From NCBI GenBank assembly GCA_965222155.1, contig CBDCTH010000012.1:2112001-2176000 (forward strand): a stretch of DNA of 64,000 nucleotides, given 5' to 3'. This document shows positions 48,960 to 58,518 of this stretch, piece by piece. A program made the translations under genes and the position numbers. This DNA is from Gammaproteobacteria bacterium (GTDB taxonomy: Bacteria; Pseudomonadota; Gammaproteobacteria; Eutrophobiales; Eutrophobiaceae). Below the pieces are notes generated by a model that saw only the letters and a program-made list of their open reading frames with translations, was not told the origin of the DNA and did not search any database. Position 1 is the first letter of the stretch, and each line of letters starts with the position of its first letter.

Positions 48960-50051
48960 ATGACGGCAGCTACCAGTAGATTAGGGCGGATACGCCCGAT
49001 ACACTATCGGAGCATATTCATTTCGAGTGTGCATCTTGGTTTTTCCGGATGCAGCGCCGAGTACCTGCTGGATTTCCTCCGTTCCACTACCTGCGATTAC
49101 CTCTACCTGGTCGGCGATATCATCGATATCTGGCAGATGAAGAAAAAAATTCACTGGCCGCAGTCGCATAATGACGTCATAAGGACAATCCTCGGCAAGG
49201 CAAAACACGGGACCAGGATCATTTACGTGCCCGGAAATCATGACGAACTGCTGCGGGATTATAACAATATCATTTTGGGCAACCTGGAAATCCGTAACGA
49301 ATACGTACACGTAACCAAAAATGGACAACGTTTTCTGGTACTGCACGGCGATCAGTTCGACGGTTTCATCAAACATTCCAGGATACTGTCTTTGATAGGC
49401 AGTTCACTCTATGAAATGCTGCTTGGCTTGAATCAACTGGTTAATTTCTTCAGAAGGAAATTGGGATTTTCCTATTGGTCACTCGCCAATGTGTTAAAGC
49501 AAAAAGTCAAACATGCAGTCAAATATATCAGTAATTTTGAGACTGCTGTTGCTTATGCAGCCAAACAACACAACGTTGTCACCCTCTCCCGCGGCGTCAA
49601 TACCGAATTATTCAAACCGGGATCAAAGACTTTCATATCATGTCCGCGCCCGGTTTTTTTATACATGGGCCGTGTCTCGGTAGAAAAAAACATTGAGGCT
49701 TTCCTGCGCCTGGACCTGGCCGGCAGCAAGGTTGTCGTCGGTGACGGTCCAGACCTGGAAAAACTGAAACAACAATACCCTGAAGCTTTTTTTACCGGTT
49801 TCAAATTCGGCGTCGAGTTAAGTCAATGCGTTGCCGCTGCTGACGTCTTCGTATTTCCCAGCCTGACAGACACATTCGGTATCGTATTGCTGGAGGCAAT
49901 GGCCTGTGGGGTGCCGGTGGCCGCCTATCCGGTAACAGGCCCGATTGACGTGGTAAGGAATGGCTTGACCAGCGTGTTGGATCACGATTTAACGAACGAT
50001 TCATCACATTTGTCCACTACATACCGTATAAGAGATTCATCCAAGTGGTAA
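48960..50051 (+). pseudogene. Deletion fusion of a PlcP/LpxH-like metallophosphoesterase with the C-terminal half of a GT4 glycosyltransferase (Agt-like)
   Basis: ISSVHLG, GDIID, GNHD, HGD motifs, no C-terminal GHxH; switches near 49575 to SRGVNTELF, GRVSVEKN, FPSLTDTFG..LEAMACG. Confidence 0.8.
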
Positions 50052-50491
50052 CCATGTTCCAGTAACCGGTTTAACAAGGGAGTGGCTGCTGGAACCAGGT
50101 TCTCCTGTTTCGCCCTGATTAATACATACAGGCTACCTACAAAGTCGATGTTTTCACGGCCGGCGACCTTGCGGGCCGCCCCTTCGTCAATCAATGCTAT
50201 TGCGTTCTTCTCTTTTGCCAAAGTAATTGTCTCAGCCTCACCAGGATCCAGTACTTGAGCCAGAAGTTCACAATAATTTCGATTGGTGACGGATTGTTCT
50301 ACCAATAATTGGTTTGCCAGCGCCTTACTGATTTCTGCCACCATAGGTTTTGATAAATCATTGAGACATTCCCTGACGACGGCGGATGGAACCAGGATGG
50401 TCTTGAAGATGATGCGTAAAACGGGCAACAAGCCCATTGTCGCCAGGGCAATTAACGGGCTTGTATCAGCAACGACTAGCGCCGGTTTCAA
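49982..50491 (-). CDS. DUF3368/PIN-domain protein (toxin-like)
   Basis: VVADTSPLI, LDPGEAETI, IDEGAAR, GSLYVLIRAK. Confidence 0.88.
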   Translation of the reverse strand: MKPALVVADTSPLIALATMGLLPVLRIIFKTILVPSAVVRECLNDLSKPMVAEISKALANQLLVEQSVTNRNYCELLAQVLDPGEAETITLAKEKNAIALIDEGAARKVAGRENIDFVGSLYVLIRAKQENLVPAATPLLNRLLEHGYHLDESLIRYVVDKCDESFVKS

Positions 50492-50808
50492 AACTTATCC
50501 AGTTCCTTCTGAATCTCATCAGTATCGTAACCGAACACAGAAATGCGGGCCGCGCCCAATACCGCAATAAACTTATCCATCGGCATCCCGGCCAGGGTGG
50601 CGGCCTTATTGAGCGTTAATACGCCTTCCTGATATAGTTTTACGGCAAGCGCCTTGTGCGCGCCCAGTTGAACCAAAGTATCGTCAAACGGAATGTTAAC
50701 GGTCAGCGGTGTACCGTTCCGGGTTATGACGCTGATAGCTCCGGCTTCGGCTTGTGCAGTATAAGACCCGATTTTTTTCCGTAAATCTCTTATGCCAAAA
50801 GATAGCAT
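50488..50808 (-). CDS. UPF0175 antitoxin with Phd-like N-terminus
   Basis: GIRDLR...VITRNGTP (Phd-like) plus LAVKLYQEG.LTLNKAATLAG (UPF0175); overlaps the PIN start. Confidence 0.85.
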   Translation of the reverse strand: MLSFGIRDLRKKIGSYTAQAEAGAISVITRNGTPLTVNIPFDDTLVQLGAHKALAVKLYQEGVLTLNKAATLAGMPMDKFIAVLGAARISVFGYDTDEIQKELDKF

Positions 50809-50826
50809 GACAAGAAGCCCCAATAA

Positions 50827-50838
50827 ATGTGTACACAT
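50827..50838. promoter_or_regulatory. Putative toxin-antitoxin operator palindrome
   Basis: Perfect ATGTGTACACAT about 19 bp upstream of the antitoxin ATG. Confidence 0.5.
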
Positions 50839-50999
50839 ATGATAGCACAAATATTTTGAAGCAAGAATAAATCTTACGGACAATCTTACGGACAATTTCC
50901 GCACCGGCGGGAAATGAGAGATCTTCATCAAGTAGCGATTTACTCATCTTTCTTGTAGCATTATGGTAATCTGCGTGCGGTTCATATCATGGAGTAAGT

Positions 51000-51830
51000 A
51001 TGCAAAAAAAGATGCCGGCCCCAGACCCCCGAAATGCCAGCCAATCCACTATGCCTGTTGTCTTCTTCGGACATGGCAGCCCTGCCAATGCCATCGAAGA
51101 TAATGAAGCAACACAAACCTGGCATCGTATCGCCAGCCGGATGGAACGACCCGAAGCCATTTTGTGCATATCAGCGCACTGGTACACACACGGCAGTGCA
51201 GTTACCGCCATGGAGGCGCCGAAAACGATCCATGATTTCGGCAGGTCTCTGCCGGCTTCGTTATTCGAACTGCAATATTCTGCTCCGGGCAAACCCGAAT
51301 TGGCTCAACGGGTGTGTGAGTTGCTGGCGCCGGTACCGGTAACAATGGATCAATCATGGGGGCTGGACCATGGTACCTGGTCAGTATTAATCAAAGCATA
51401 CCCGGAAGCGGAAATCCCGGTGGTCCAACTCAGCCTTGATCTGGATAAGCCGCTGGACTGGCACTACCGGATTGGACAGCGCCTGCGGCCGTTAAGGCGG
51501 GAAGGCATATTGATTTTGGGCAGCGGCAATATCGTGCATAACCTGGCTTTGATGGACTGGTCGAACCCCGCAGCTCCTGCCTATGACTGGGCAGTACGGT
51601 TCAATGACAGGATTAAGGGGCATATCCTGAGTAATGACCCACAGGGTATCTCGGAATATCAACGCTATGGACAGGACGCCACACTTGCGGTACCCTCAGC
51701 GGAACATTTATGCCCCCTGCTGTATACTCTGGGCGCCCGCGAAGATACGGATACGGTCAGTATTGAAACTGATTTTATCGTTCATAAATCACTGAGTATG
51801 ACCAGTGTACTGTTCCATGCAGAAAATTAA
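51000..51830 (+). CDS. ygiD: 4,5-DOPA extradiol dioxygenase (YgiD/LigB family)
   Basis: FFGHGSP, ISAHW, TIHDF, GLDHGTW, GSGNIVHNL, PSAEH motifs. Confidence 0.9.
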   Translation: MQKKMPAPDPRNASQSTMPVVFFGHGSPANAIEDNEATQTWHRIASRMERPEAILCISAHWYTHGSAVTAMEAPKTIHDFGRSLPASLFELQYSAPGKPELAQRVCELLAPVPVTMDQSWGLDHGTWSVLIKAYPEAEIPVVQLSLDLDKPLDWHYRIGQRLRPLRREGILILGSGNIVHNLALMDWSNPAAPAYDWAVRFNDRIKGHILSNDPQGISEYQRYGQDATLAVPSAEHLCPLLYTLGAREDTDTVSIETDFIVHKSLSMTSVLFHAEN

Positions 51831-51860
51831 TCTGCAGGCACAATTCCGGCAGTCGTCAAA

Positions 51861-53096
51861 ATGACGGGGGCGACGAAATTCAATCGTTGGTGGATGTTCG
51901 CTCTCGCCAGTGCTTTCTTCTTCTTCATCACGGCTGCAACTTTCAGTTCCCTGGGTGTCATACTACCCTATATGATCGAGGAATTTTCCTGGAGCTGGTC
52001 CCAGGCCGGCACAGGTTTTTCCTTGCTGGCATTGCTGGTGGGACTGGCAGGCACCGTTCCAGCCTGGACTATACGACGCTTCGGTATCAAGGCGACCTAT
52101 GTTATCGGCGCAGCCACGATGGCTTGTGGTTTTGTCCTGATATCCACCGGCACCGGACTGTACCAGTATTGGCTCGGAGCGAGCCTGCTGGGACTGGGCT
52201 TTGCCCTGTGTGCGACGGTGCCGGGCATCCATCTGATAAATGACTGGTTGCCTGACAGGCGTTCATTCGCCATCGGCCTGTACATGACCCTGGGCGGGCT
52301 GGGCGCCGTCGCCGGTCCCCCTGTTGTCACCTTCATTGTCAGCAATACGGATTCCTGGCGCATACACTGGTGGTCCATGACTGCTGCTGTACTCACCCTC
52401 ATGGTGCTTGCAATCGCGTTCATAAATAAACGGCCGGCAGGGGAGAAGGAGGACGCAAGCGCATTGAAAGAAGAGAAAACCTCCGACAAGGTGTTCAAGA
52501 CAAAGATCGAATGGCGCTACCGGGACGCGCTGCGTACACCCCAGTATTACGTGATTGTTGCGGCGTTGACGCTGACATTATTCTGTACCCTGACCATGAA
52601 CAACTGGGCATTTACCCACCTGGGCATGCTTGGCATATCCACGGCGCTCGCCACGCTGGTACTGAGCGCAGATGGCGCGGTGAATGCCTTATCACGCGCC
52701 CTGGGAGGAATGATCGCCACCCGGATTGATCCCAAATGGCTGTTGGTTGCGGCATTGATCGGTGAATTGATCGGTATGCTGGCCCTCTCTGTTGCAGATA
52801 ACCCGGCCGCCCTTATCCTGTTTGCCGTCGGCGAAGGTTTCGGCTTCGGCATGTGCTTCCTGGCTACCGCCTTACTGCTGCTGAATTATTTCGGGGAGAA
52901 AGATAACCCTGAAATACTCGGCACCATGAACTTCATCACTACGGCGGCCATGCTGGGACCCGTCATCGCCGGTTATATCGGCGACAGAGTGGGTAGTTTC
53001 TCCCCGGCGTTCCAGCTGAACGCAGCGCTGTTGTTGATCATCATCATCGCCGTTGCCGCAATGAAACCTCCACGGCAAAAAGTGGTAGAGAATTAA
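51861..53096 (+). CDS. MFS transporter
   Basis: About 12 hydrophobic segments; IRRFGIK, W.PDRRSFAIG; co-oriented with the dioxygenase. Confidence 0.9.
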   Translation: MTGATKFNRWWMFALASAFFFFITAATFSSLGVILPYMIEEFSWSWSQAGTGFSLLALLVGLAGTVPAWTIRRFGIKATYVIGAATMACGFVLISTGTGLYQYWLGASLLGLGFALCATVPGIHLINDWLPDRRSFAIGLYMTLGGLGAVAGPPVVTFIVSNTDSWRIHWWSMTAAVLTLMVLAIAFINKRPAGEKEDASALKEEKTSDKVFKTKIEWRYRDALRTPQYYVIVAALTLTLFCTLTMNNWAFTHLGMLGISTALATLVLSADGAVNALSRALGGMIATRIDPKWLLVAALIGELIGMLALSVADNPAALILFAVGEGFGFGMCFLATALLLLNYFGEKDNPEILGTMNFITTAAMLGPVIAGYIGDRVGSFSPAFQLNAALLLIIIIAVAAMKPPRQKVVEN

Positions 53097-54046
53097 TCAT
53101 TTTCCCTACGGATACGCCAGCTGTCGAGAAAAACAGCGATAATAATCACACCTCCCGTTATCAAGCGTTTTGCGGGTTCCGATACGCCTATCTGTGCCAA
53201 TCCATTTTGTAATATCGCGATAATAAGCACACCTGCGAATGCCCCGACAATAGTACCCCGCCCGCCCCTCAAACTGGTACCGCCTATAACCGCCGCTGCG
53301 ATTGCGGCCAGCTCCAGACCGATACCTGCGTTCGGATCGGCAGCCCCCAGGTAGGCTATATTGAATATGCCTCCCAGACCTGCGAGCGCCCCTGATACAG
53401 CCAGCACAAGCATGCGGTACAGTTTTGTGTCAATGCCGGACATTCTCGCTGCCTGGGCATTGGCGCCCACAGCAATAATATTACGCCCCGGTACTGTTTT
53501 TGTTAAAATGAACTGCGCTGCAAAGACTGTTAATAGAGCAAAGATCAGCGCCATGGAAATACCTGTCCCTGAAATTGGCAGTGCGAGTTTCTGAATTGAA
53601 GCGCCGATATACATGGTCTGTGAGTTGGTAGTCAGATAAGCCAGACCACGGGCCATTTCCAGCATACCCAAGGTCACGATAAAAGAGGGCAAGCCAAGGT
53701 ATGCCACCAATATGCCGTTCATTGAGCCGCAGAGTATTCCTGCACCTATCCCAAACAGACATGCAGTGAGAATGGAAAGATCCCAGCCGACCATTGCCAT
53801 ACCGACAACTGCGGCGCAGAATCCAAGCACTGACCCGACAGATAAATCGATACCACCCACAATAAGAACGAGTGTCATACCGACAGTGACAACCGTTAAC
53901 GCCGGTAACTGATTAAGAATCGTTCTGAGGGTTACAACTGAAAAAAAGTTATCTGCAACGAGGCCAAAAAAAAGAATCAATAGCAGCAGGGAGGCAAAAA
54001 TAAAATGTTCTTTTATGAATGATCTCATAAGACCGGCGCAGCTCAT
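53093..54046 (-). CDS. rbsC: Ribose-type ABC transporter permease
   Basis: GGIDLSVGS, PSFIVTLG, ELAAIAAAVIGGTSL; substrate inferred from nearby rbsK. Confidence 0.85.
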   Translation of the reverse strand: MSCAGLMRSFIKEHFIFASLLLLILFFGLVADNFFSVVTLRTILNQLPALTVVTVGMTLVLIVGGIDLSVGSVLGFCAAVVGMAMVGWDLSILTACLFGIGAGILCGSMNGILVAYLGLPSFIVTLGMLEMARGLAYLTTNSQTMYIGASIQKLALPISGTGISMALIFALLTVFAAQFILTKTVPGRNIIAVGANAQAARMSGIDTKLYRMLVLAVSGALAGLGGIFNIAYLGAADPNAGIGLELAAIAAAVIGGTSLRGGRGTIVGAFAGVLIIAILQNGLAQIGVSEPAKRLITGGVIIIAVFLDSWRIRREND

Positions 54047-55611
54047 ATTGCTACCGGGCGGGTAACACCGGATAGCTGCTTGGACTTATTCATACCCGTA
54101 GATTGTGTTGTAAACTCACTGAAGCAAGCTGCCAATATCTTTGCTTCGGACCAGTTATCTGCGTTGAATATTGTTACCAGCTTGCGCTTCGACAAGACAA
54201 ATATACGATTGCTCAGCGCCATAAGTTCTTCAATTTCGCCTGATGTGATCAACAGGGTCTTTTGATTATCCCGCAAATTGAACATCTGGTTGTAGATCAT
54301 GGTCTTGGCGCCGACGTCAATCCCTCTGGTAGGTTCGTCAAACAGCAATATGTCCGAATTACAATGCAGCCACCTGGCAATCAGCACTTTTTGTTGATTT
54401 CCTCCGCTGAGCCGGTCTACATCCTGATCAAGGTCATTGCATTTAATGCTCAGCGCTTCAACTAACTCGTTACCCGCAGCTATTTCACGTTCGTTATCCA
54501 GCAGGGCCAATGAAGCAAAACCATGCAACACACCTGGAATCATCATATTCGTTAAAATCGAATGGCCTGAGTACAAACCCATGGATTGCCGGTCCTCGCC
54601 CAGGTACGCCACCCCTGCTCTTTTTGCCGTTCTTGCATTATTGATGTTTATTTTTCCATTTGCGGTGTAAAGGCTGATATGACCGCCGGTCAACGAAGTC
54701 AAGCCGAACAGTGCATTTAATAATTCACTCCGTCCGGAACCGGATAAACCGGCAATACCGATTATTTCTCCGGAATATCCTGTGAAACTTATCTCATGGG
54801 GCAGCTCTTTGGTGGTTATGTGATCCACTTCAAGAACTGCCGCAGGTTCAAGTGCGGCAGCAGACAGCCTGGTTTTATTTCCGGAATGAATATGGCCACT
54901 CATATGTTCCAAAATCCGGGATACACTTAACGAACTTGCAGGAGCAGTTGTTACAACCCGTCCATCCCTGAGAACCGTGATGGTATCTGATGCCTCAAGC
55001 ACATCCTGTAAGCGATGGCTGATGTAAATCACCGATGTGCCGGAAGCTGCCAACCCGGTAATAATATTATGTAGACGAGCGGCCTGTTGCGTCGTCAGGG
55101 CAGCAGTCGGTTCATCCAGGATCAGTACTCTGCAATCAGTGGAAATCGACTTGGCAATTTCCACCAGTTGGCGTTCGGCGAGGCCCAGTGTTTCTGTGCG
55201 CGTGTTCAGGTCAAGAGCTTCCAAACCGACAATCCGAAGTAATGAGCGAACCTGTTTCTCGAGCTTCTCCTTAACGATGATGGAACAACGGTGGGGTAAT
55301 TTTCTTAACGCTATATTTTCTGCAATACTCAGCGAATTAATCAAACTCAATTCTTGCGTGGCACAGGAAATCCCGGTCTGAAAAGCATCTTTTGGATTAG
55401 CCGGTTCGTATTCAACTCCATCCAGGAGTATCTCGCCACTATCCTTATTCAGAAAACCTGCCAGGATACTGCCGAGGGTAGTTTTGCCGGCGCCATTTTC
55501 GCCAACGATAGCGTGTATCTCGCCACGAGCGAATGTCAGGTTAACATTTGTCAGAACAGGTACTGAAAACGACTTGTTAAGGTTACGGATACTTAATCGA
55601 GCCGCCGCCAT
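54043..55611 (-). CDS. rbsA: Ribose-type ABC transporter ATP-binding protein
   Basis: GENGAGKT, LDEPTAAL, LSGGNQQK, DEPTRGIDVGAK. Confidence 0.85.
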   Translation of the reverse strand: MAAARLSIRNLNKSFSVPVLTNVNLTFARGEIHAIVGENGAGKTTLGSILAGFLNKDSGEILLDGVEYEPANPKDAFQTGISCATQELSLINSLSIAENIALRKLPHRCSIIVKEKLEKQVRSLLRIVGLEALDLNTRTETLGLAERQLVEIAKSISTDCRVLILDEPTAALTTQQAARLHNIITGLAASGTSVIYISHRLQDVLEASDTITVLRDGRVVTTAPASSLSVSRILEHMSGHIHSGNKTRLSAAALEPAAVLEVDHITTKELPHEISFTGYSGEIIGIAGLSGSGRSELLNALFGLTSLTGGHISLYTANGKININNARTAKRAGVAYLGEDRQSMGLYSGHSILTNMMIPGVLHGFASLALLDNEREIAAGNELVEALSIKCNDLDQDVDRLSGGNQQKVLIARWLHCNSDILLFDEPTRGIDVGAKTMIYNQMFNLRDNQKTLLITSGEIEELMALSNRIFVLSKRKLVTIFNADNWSEAKILAACFSEFTTQSTGMNKSKQLSGVTRPVAI

Positions 55612-55618
55612 CTCCGGT

Positions 55619-56626
55619 TTACTCTATCGAGGTTCTGGTTATGAGGTCAACCGGGGTGGTTTTATCCTTTAACGGCAGATCAGAAGATAAGGCCTCAAGA
55701 GCGTATTCTATACCGTACACGGCCAACAGGTCTGCATGTTGATCTATTGTTGCCAGTACACGCTCTTCCCTGATGAGGTTATGTAGCGCAGAAATATTAT
55801 CAAACCCGACTATTTTTACCTGATCTTCCTTGCCGGCTTGCACGACAGCCGCCGCCGCGCCCAAAGCCATGTTGTCATTTGCACACAAAATCGCCTCCAG
55901 CTCAGGGAATTGCACCAGCATAGCCGCGGTGACCGTAACAGCCAATGTCTGATCCCATTGCGCACTTTGTTGTGCCACGATATCCATACCTGAGTCAATC
56001 ATTGCCTTGCGAAAACCTCCCGTGCGTTGGCGCGAATTAAACGCAGTGGGTACGCCTTCAAGTATCGCCACCTGGTCAGCGGCCGTCAGTTGTGAGGCCA
56101 GGTATTTGCCGACCATTTCCGCACCCTGGAAATTGTCCGGTCCGACAAACGGAATTATCAAGTCATATTCACGGAGTATTTCCTGTTCCAGTCGATTATC
56201 GATGTTGATAATTGCAATACCGGCTGCATTCGCTCGCGCCAATGCAGGAACAACAGCCTTTGAGTCTGCCGGAGAGATGACAATAGCATCAACGCCGGAA
56301 GCTATCATTTGATCAATCAAGGCAACCTGCTGAGCGAGGTCCACTTCGTTCTTTATTCCATTAATAACCAGATGGTAACGCTCGGCATATAATTCCTGAT
56401 GTGCCCTGGCTCCATCTGCCATGGTAACGAAAAATTCGTTTGCCAGTGATTTCATGACCAATGCAATCGTCGGAAGTTCTATTTCTGCTTCGCCCCGGTG
56501 AGAACTTTGAGGCGTTTGTTCGGAATCACTGCAAGAAATTGCAACCGACATACATAAGAAGGCCACTACAGATTTCAATATTTGTTCCATAATAAATCCG
56601 TTGCCTGGATAATCGATTTGCAACAT
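55619..56626 (-). CDS. rbsB: Sugar ABC transporter substrate-binding lipoprotein (RbsB-like)
   Basis: Lipobox-like AISC, ALVMKSLANEFF, ANDNMALG, VGFD; start probably 56590. Confidence 0.8.
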   Translation of the reverse strand: MLQIDYPGNGFIMEQILKSVVAFLCMSVAISCSDSEQTPQSSHRGEAEIELPTIALVMKSLANEFFVTMADGARAHQELYAERYHLVINGIKNEVDLAQQVALIDQMIASGVDAIVISPADSKAVVPALARANAAGIAIINIDNRLEQEILREYDLIIPFVGPDNFQGAEMVGKYLASQLTAADQVAILEGVPTAFNSRQRTGGFRKAMIDSGMDIVAQQSAQWDQTLAVTVTAAMLVQFPELEAILCANDNMALGAAAAVVQAGKEDQVKIVGFDNISALHNLIREERVLATIDQHADLLAVYGIEYALEALSSDLPLKDKTTPVDLITRTSIE

Positions 56627-56820
56627 AGTCTACTGGGCAATTATATTATTTCAAAGATTATGTTGATTGTGGTTCAGGACAAACACATACTGCGGTCGTC
56701 ATGGATCGTTGTTTAAATATGAGGGGATCATGATGAGAAGATCACTGTTTTTTTTCATAGCTGTTTTGTGAATCTTCGCCCGGAAAATGCTTTGGAAAAT
56801 GCTTTGTATTGCAATGCTTG

Positions 56821-56842
56821 ATTGTATCCCATAAGATACAAT
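56821..56842. promoter_or_regulatory. Putative toxin-antitoxin operator
   Basis: ATTGTATC-ccataa-GATACAAT inverted repeat immediately before the toxin gene. Confidence 0.55.
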
Positions 56843-56843
56843 A

Positions 56844-57437
56844 ATGGGCAGGGTTGATAGGAGCAATACAATTAATGAATATACGGATGAGGGAGGGAAA
56901 AGTCCTTATGCTCAATGGATTGGTAGTCTCAGAGATATTCGGGCAAAGGCAAAAATTATGATGCAAATGGACAACATGGAATTAGGACTGTTCGGGGATG
57001 TTGTGCCACTAGCCCGCATTTCTCACCAGTCCGCTTGATGCCATCGGATACTTGTTTGCCGTCAATATGTTATGACACATTCAGCACTATCTCGCCATTA
57101 CAGACTGCGCTTGATGCGCCCTCGCTTGTCTTTGTCCCGCCTGTGGGCACGTGCTCCCTCAACCGTAGCTACGGCTATGCTTTCAGTCGCAGGCACCCAC
57201 AGGCGGGACAAATCCTGCGCGAGCATCGCATCAACTGGTGAGAAATGCGGGCTAGGCGCTGGTCTTAGTGAACTGCGCATCCACTATGGCCCCGGTTATC
57301 GGATATATTACGGTAAAGAGGCACAACGAGTGTATTTGTTGTTATGTGGTGGAGATAAATCTACCCAATCTAAGGATATCAGGAAAGCTAAAGAATATTG
57401 GAAAAAGTACAAACAGAGAAATCAACATGGCGCGTAG
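56844..57437 (+). pseudogene. HigB/RelE-family addiction module toxin interrupted by the MITE
   Basis: Removing the 243 inserted bp restores ...[29 protein letters not shown]...LLLCGGDKSTQ. Confidence 0.92.
57012..57252 (-). mobile_element. 241-bp MITE, copy 2, inserted at CTAG with TA duplication
   Basis: Terminal inverted repeats gcccgcatttctcaccagt/actggtgagaaatgcgggc; TA on both flanks; reverse orientation relative to copy 1. Confidence 0.92.
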
Positions 57438-57732
57438 TGTAAGAGTAACACATAATGAACAATTGCGCGACGCCAAGGTGGCAGCGGAATACCTTAGTGA
57501 AGCGCTCCAGGAAGGTAATACCGCGATTATCCTGATGGCCTTGCGCAATATCGCCGAAGCGCAGGATGATGGGGTTGCCGGGTTAGCCGCCCGTTCGGAA
57601 TTGGGTCGCGAGAGTATCTATAAAATGCTTTCAGCGACCAGCAACCCCAAACTGTCCAGCTTCACCAAGGTAATACATGGTTTGGGATTAAAACTCAGAG
57701 TAGAGCGGGACCCATATCAGACACCACTTTGA
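57427..57732 (+). CDS. Addiction module antidote protein (HigA-like HTH)
   Basis: AEYLSEAL, ALRNIAEA, LGRESIYKMLS..NPKL; overlaps the toxin 3' end. Confidence 0.9.
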   Translation: MARSVRVTHNEQLRDAKVAAEYLSEALQEGNTAIILMALRNIAEAQDDGVAGLAARSELGRESIYKMLSATSNPKLSSFTKVIHGLGLKLRVERDPYQTPL

Positions 57733-57749
57733 TCGGAATCCTGAAATAC

Positions 57750-57935
57750 TCGGATTAGCAATCGGAGGCGGTTTGCGCAGAGTCTTCTCCAGTAATCCGT
57801 CAATACCTCCTTCTTCGACGAACGAGGACCACCCAATGGCGACCGTGCGGCGGACATTACGCAGCAGTCGGTAACTCATCCTGTAATACCTGCCCTTGCG
57901 CATCGTAGTTTGCCAAGCGCCGCTCTGTCCAACCA
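57750..57935 (-). mobile_element. Degenerate IS630-like transposase HTH remnant
   Basis: RRTVAIGWSSFVEEGGIDGLLEKTLRKP resembles the IS630 N-terminal W..RF...G.DGL motif; no DDE domain. Confidence 0.5.
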
Positions 57936-57947
57936 CTATACGCTTCT

Positions 57948-58033
57948 TCACCAATCCGCCTGGAGCGGATTGGGACGTCCGTAGGGCGCCTGCAGGGGGC
58001 ACCCCAGAGCCTGCCCCTGTATGGCGTTGAGCA
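57948..58033. repeat. Hairpin repeat unit shared with 5893-5980
   Basis: ccagagcctgcccctgtatgg(a/c)gttgagca is 29/30 identical between copies; the upstream stem differs in sequence but remains paired. Confidence 0.8.
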
Positions 58034-58038
58034 ATGGG

Positions 58039-58399
58039 CGCTTTCCGGTGGTGTTGACATTGCACACACATCAGGGTTTTATTTGGGCTCCTGGGTGTCT
58101 TCCATAGACTTTAATTCGGATGCATCTGATCCGGCGCAAGTTGAGTGGCATATCGGAAAACTAGTATTTACGGTACTTTCCGCCTGACAATATCGCTACC
58201 TGCAAAACTCAGTGGTTATATATCATACGGACATCTCGACGTAGATGATATTGACCTTGCCTACTCACATTATGTCCCAGGTATTTCCAGGAATTTTGCA
58301 GGTTTTGGATTTGATATTTCCTGGAATGATGCTGATAGTGAGTGTGGAGGAAAAGACTTATGTCAAGGAATCGTCTTCAGCATCACTAAAGCATTCTGA
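58039..58399 (+). pseudogene. Remnant of a TorF-family (TIGR02001) outer membrane protein
   Basis: ALSGGVDIAHTSGFYLGSWVSSIDF in one frame, C-terminal ...GIVFSITKAF* in another; 5' end and middle missing. Confidence 0.7.
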
Positions 58400-58518
58400 C
58401 TTAATTCTTCAGGCGATCTGTCCCAACTCTTTTGACGACTTACAACGCAATACAAACTGATGCCTGCATGTGTAGCCAGTTCCGTACCCATTCCCGTGTA
58501 GCCAAACACCTGTTCCGG

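Noticed and set aside
57036-57038. Selenocysteine recoding of the in-frame TGA
   Set aside because: The TGA lies in inserted element sequence, not at a catalytic Cys position, and no SECIS-like hairpin was recognised directly downstream.
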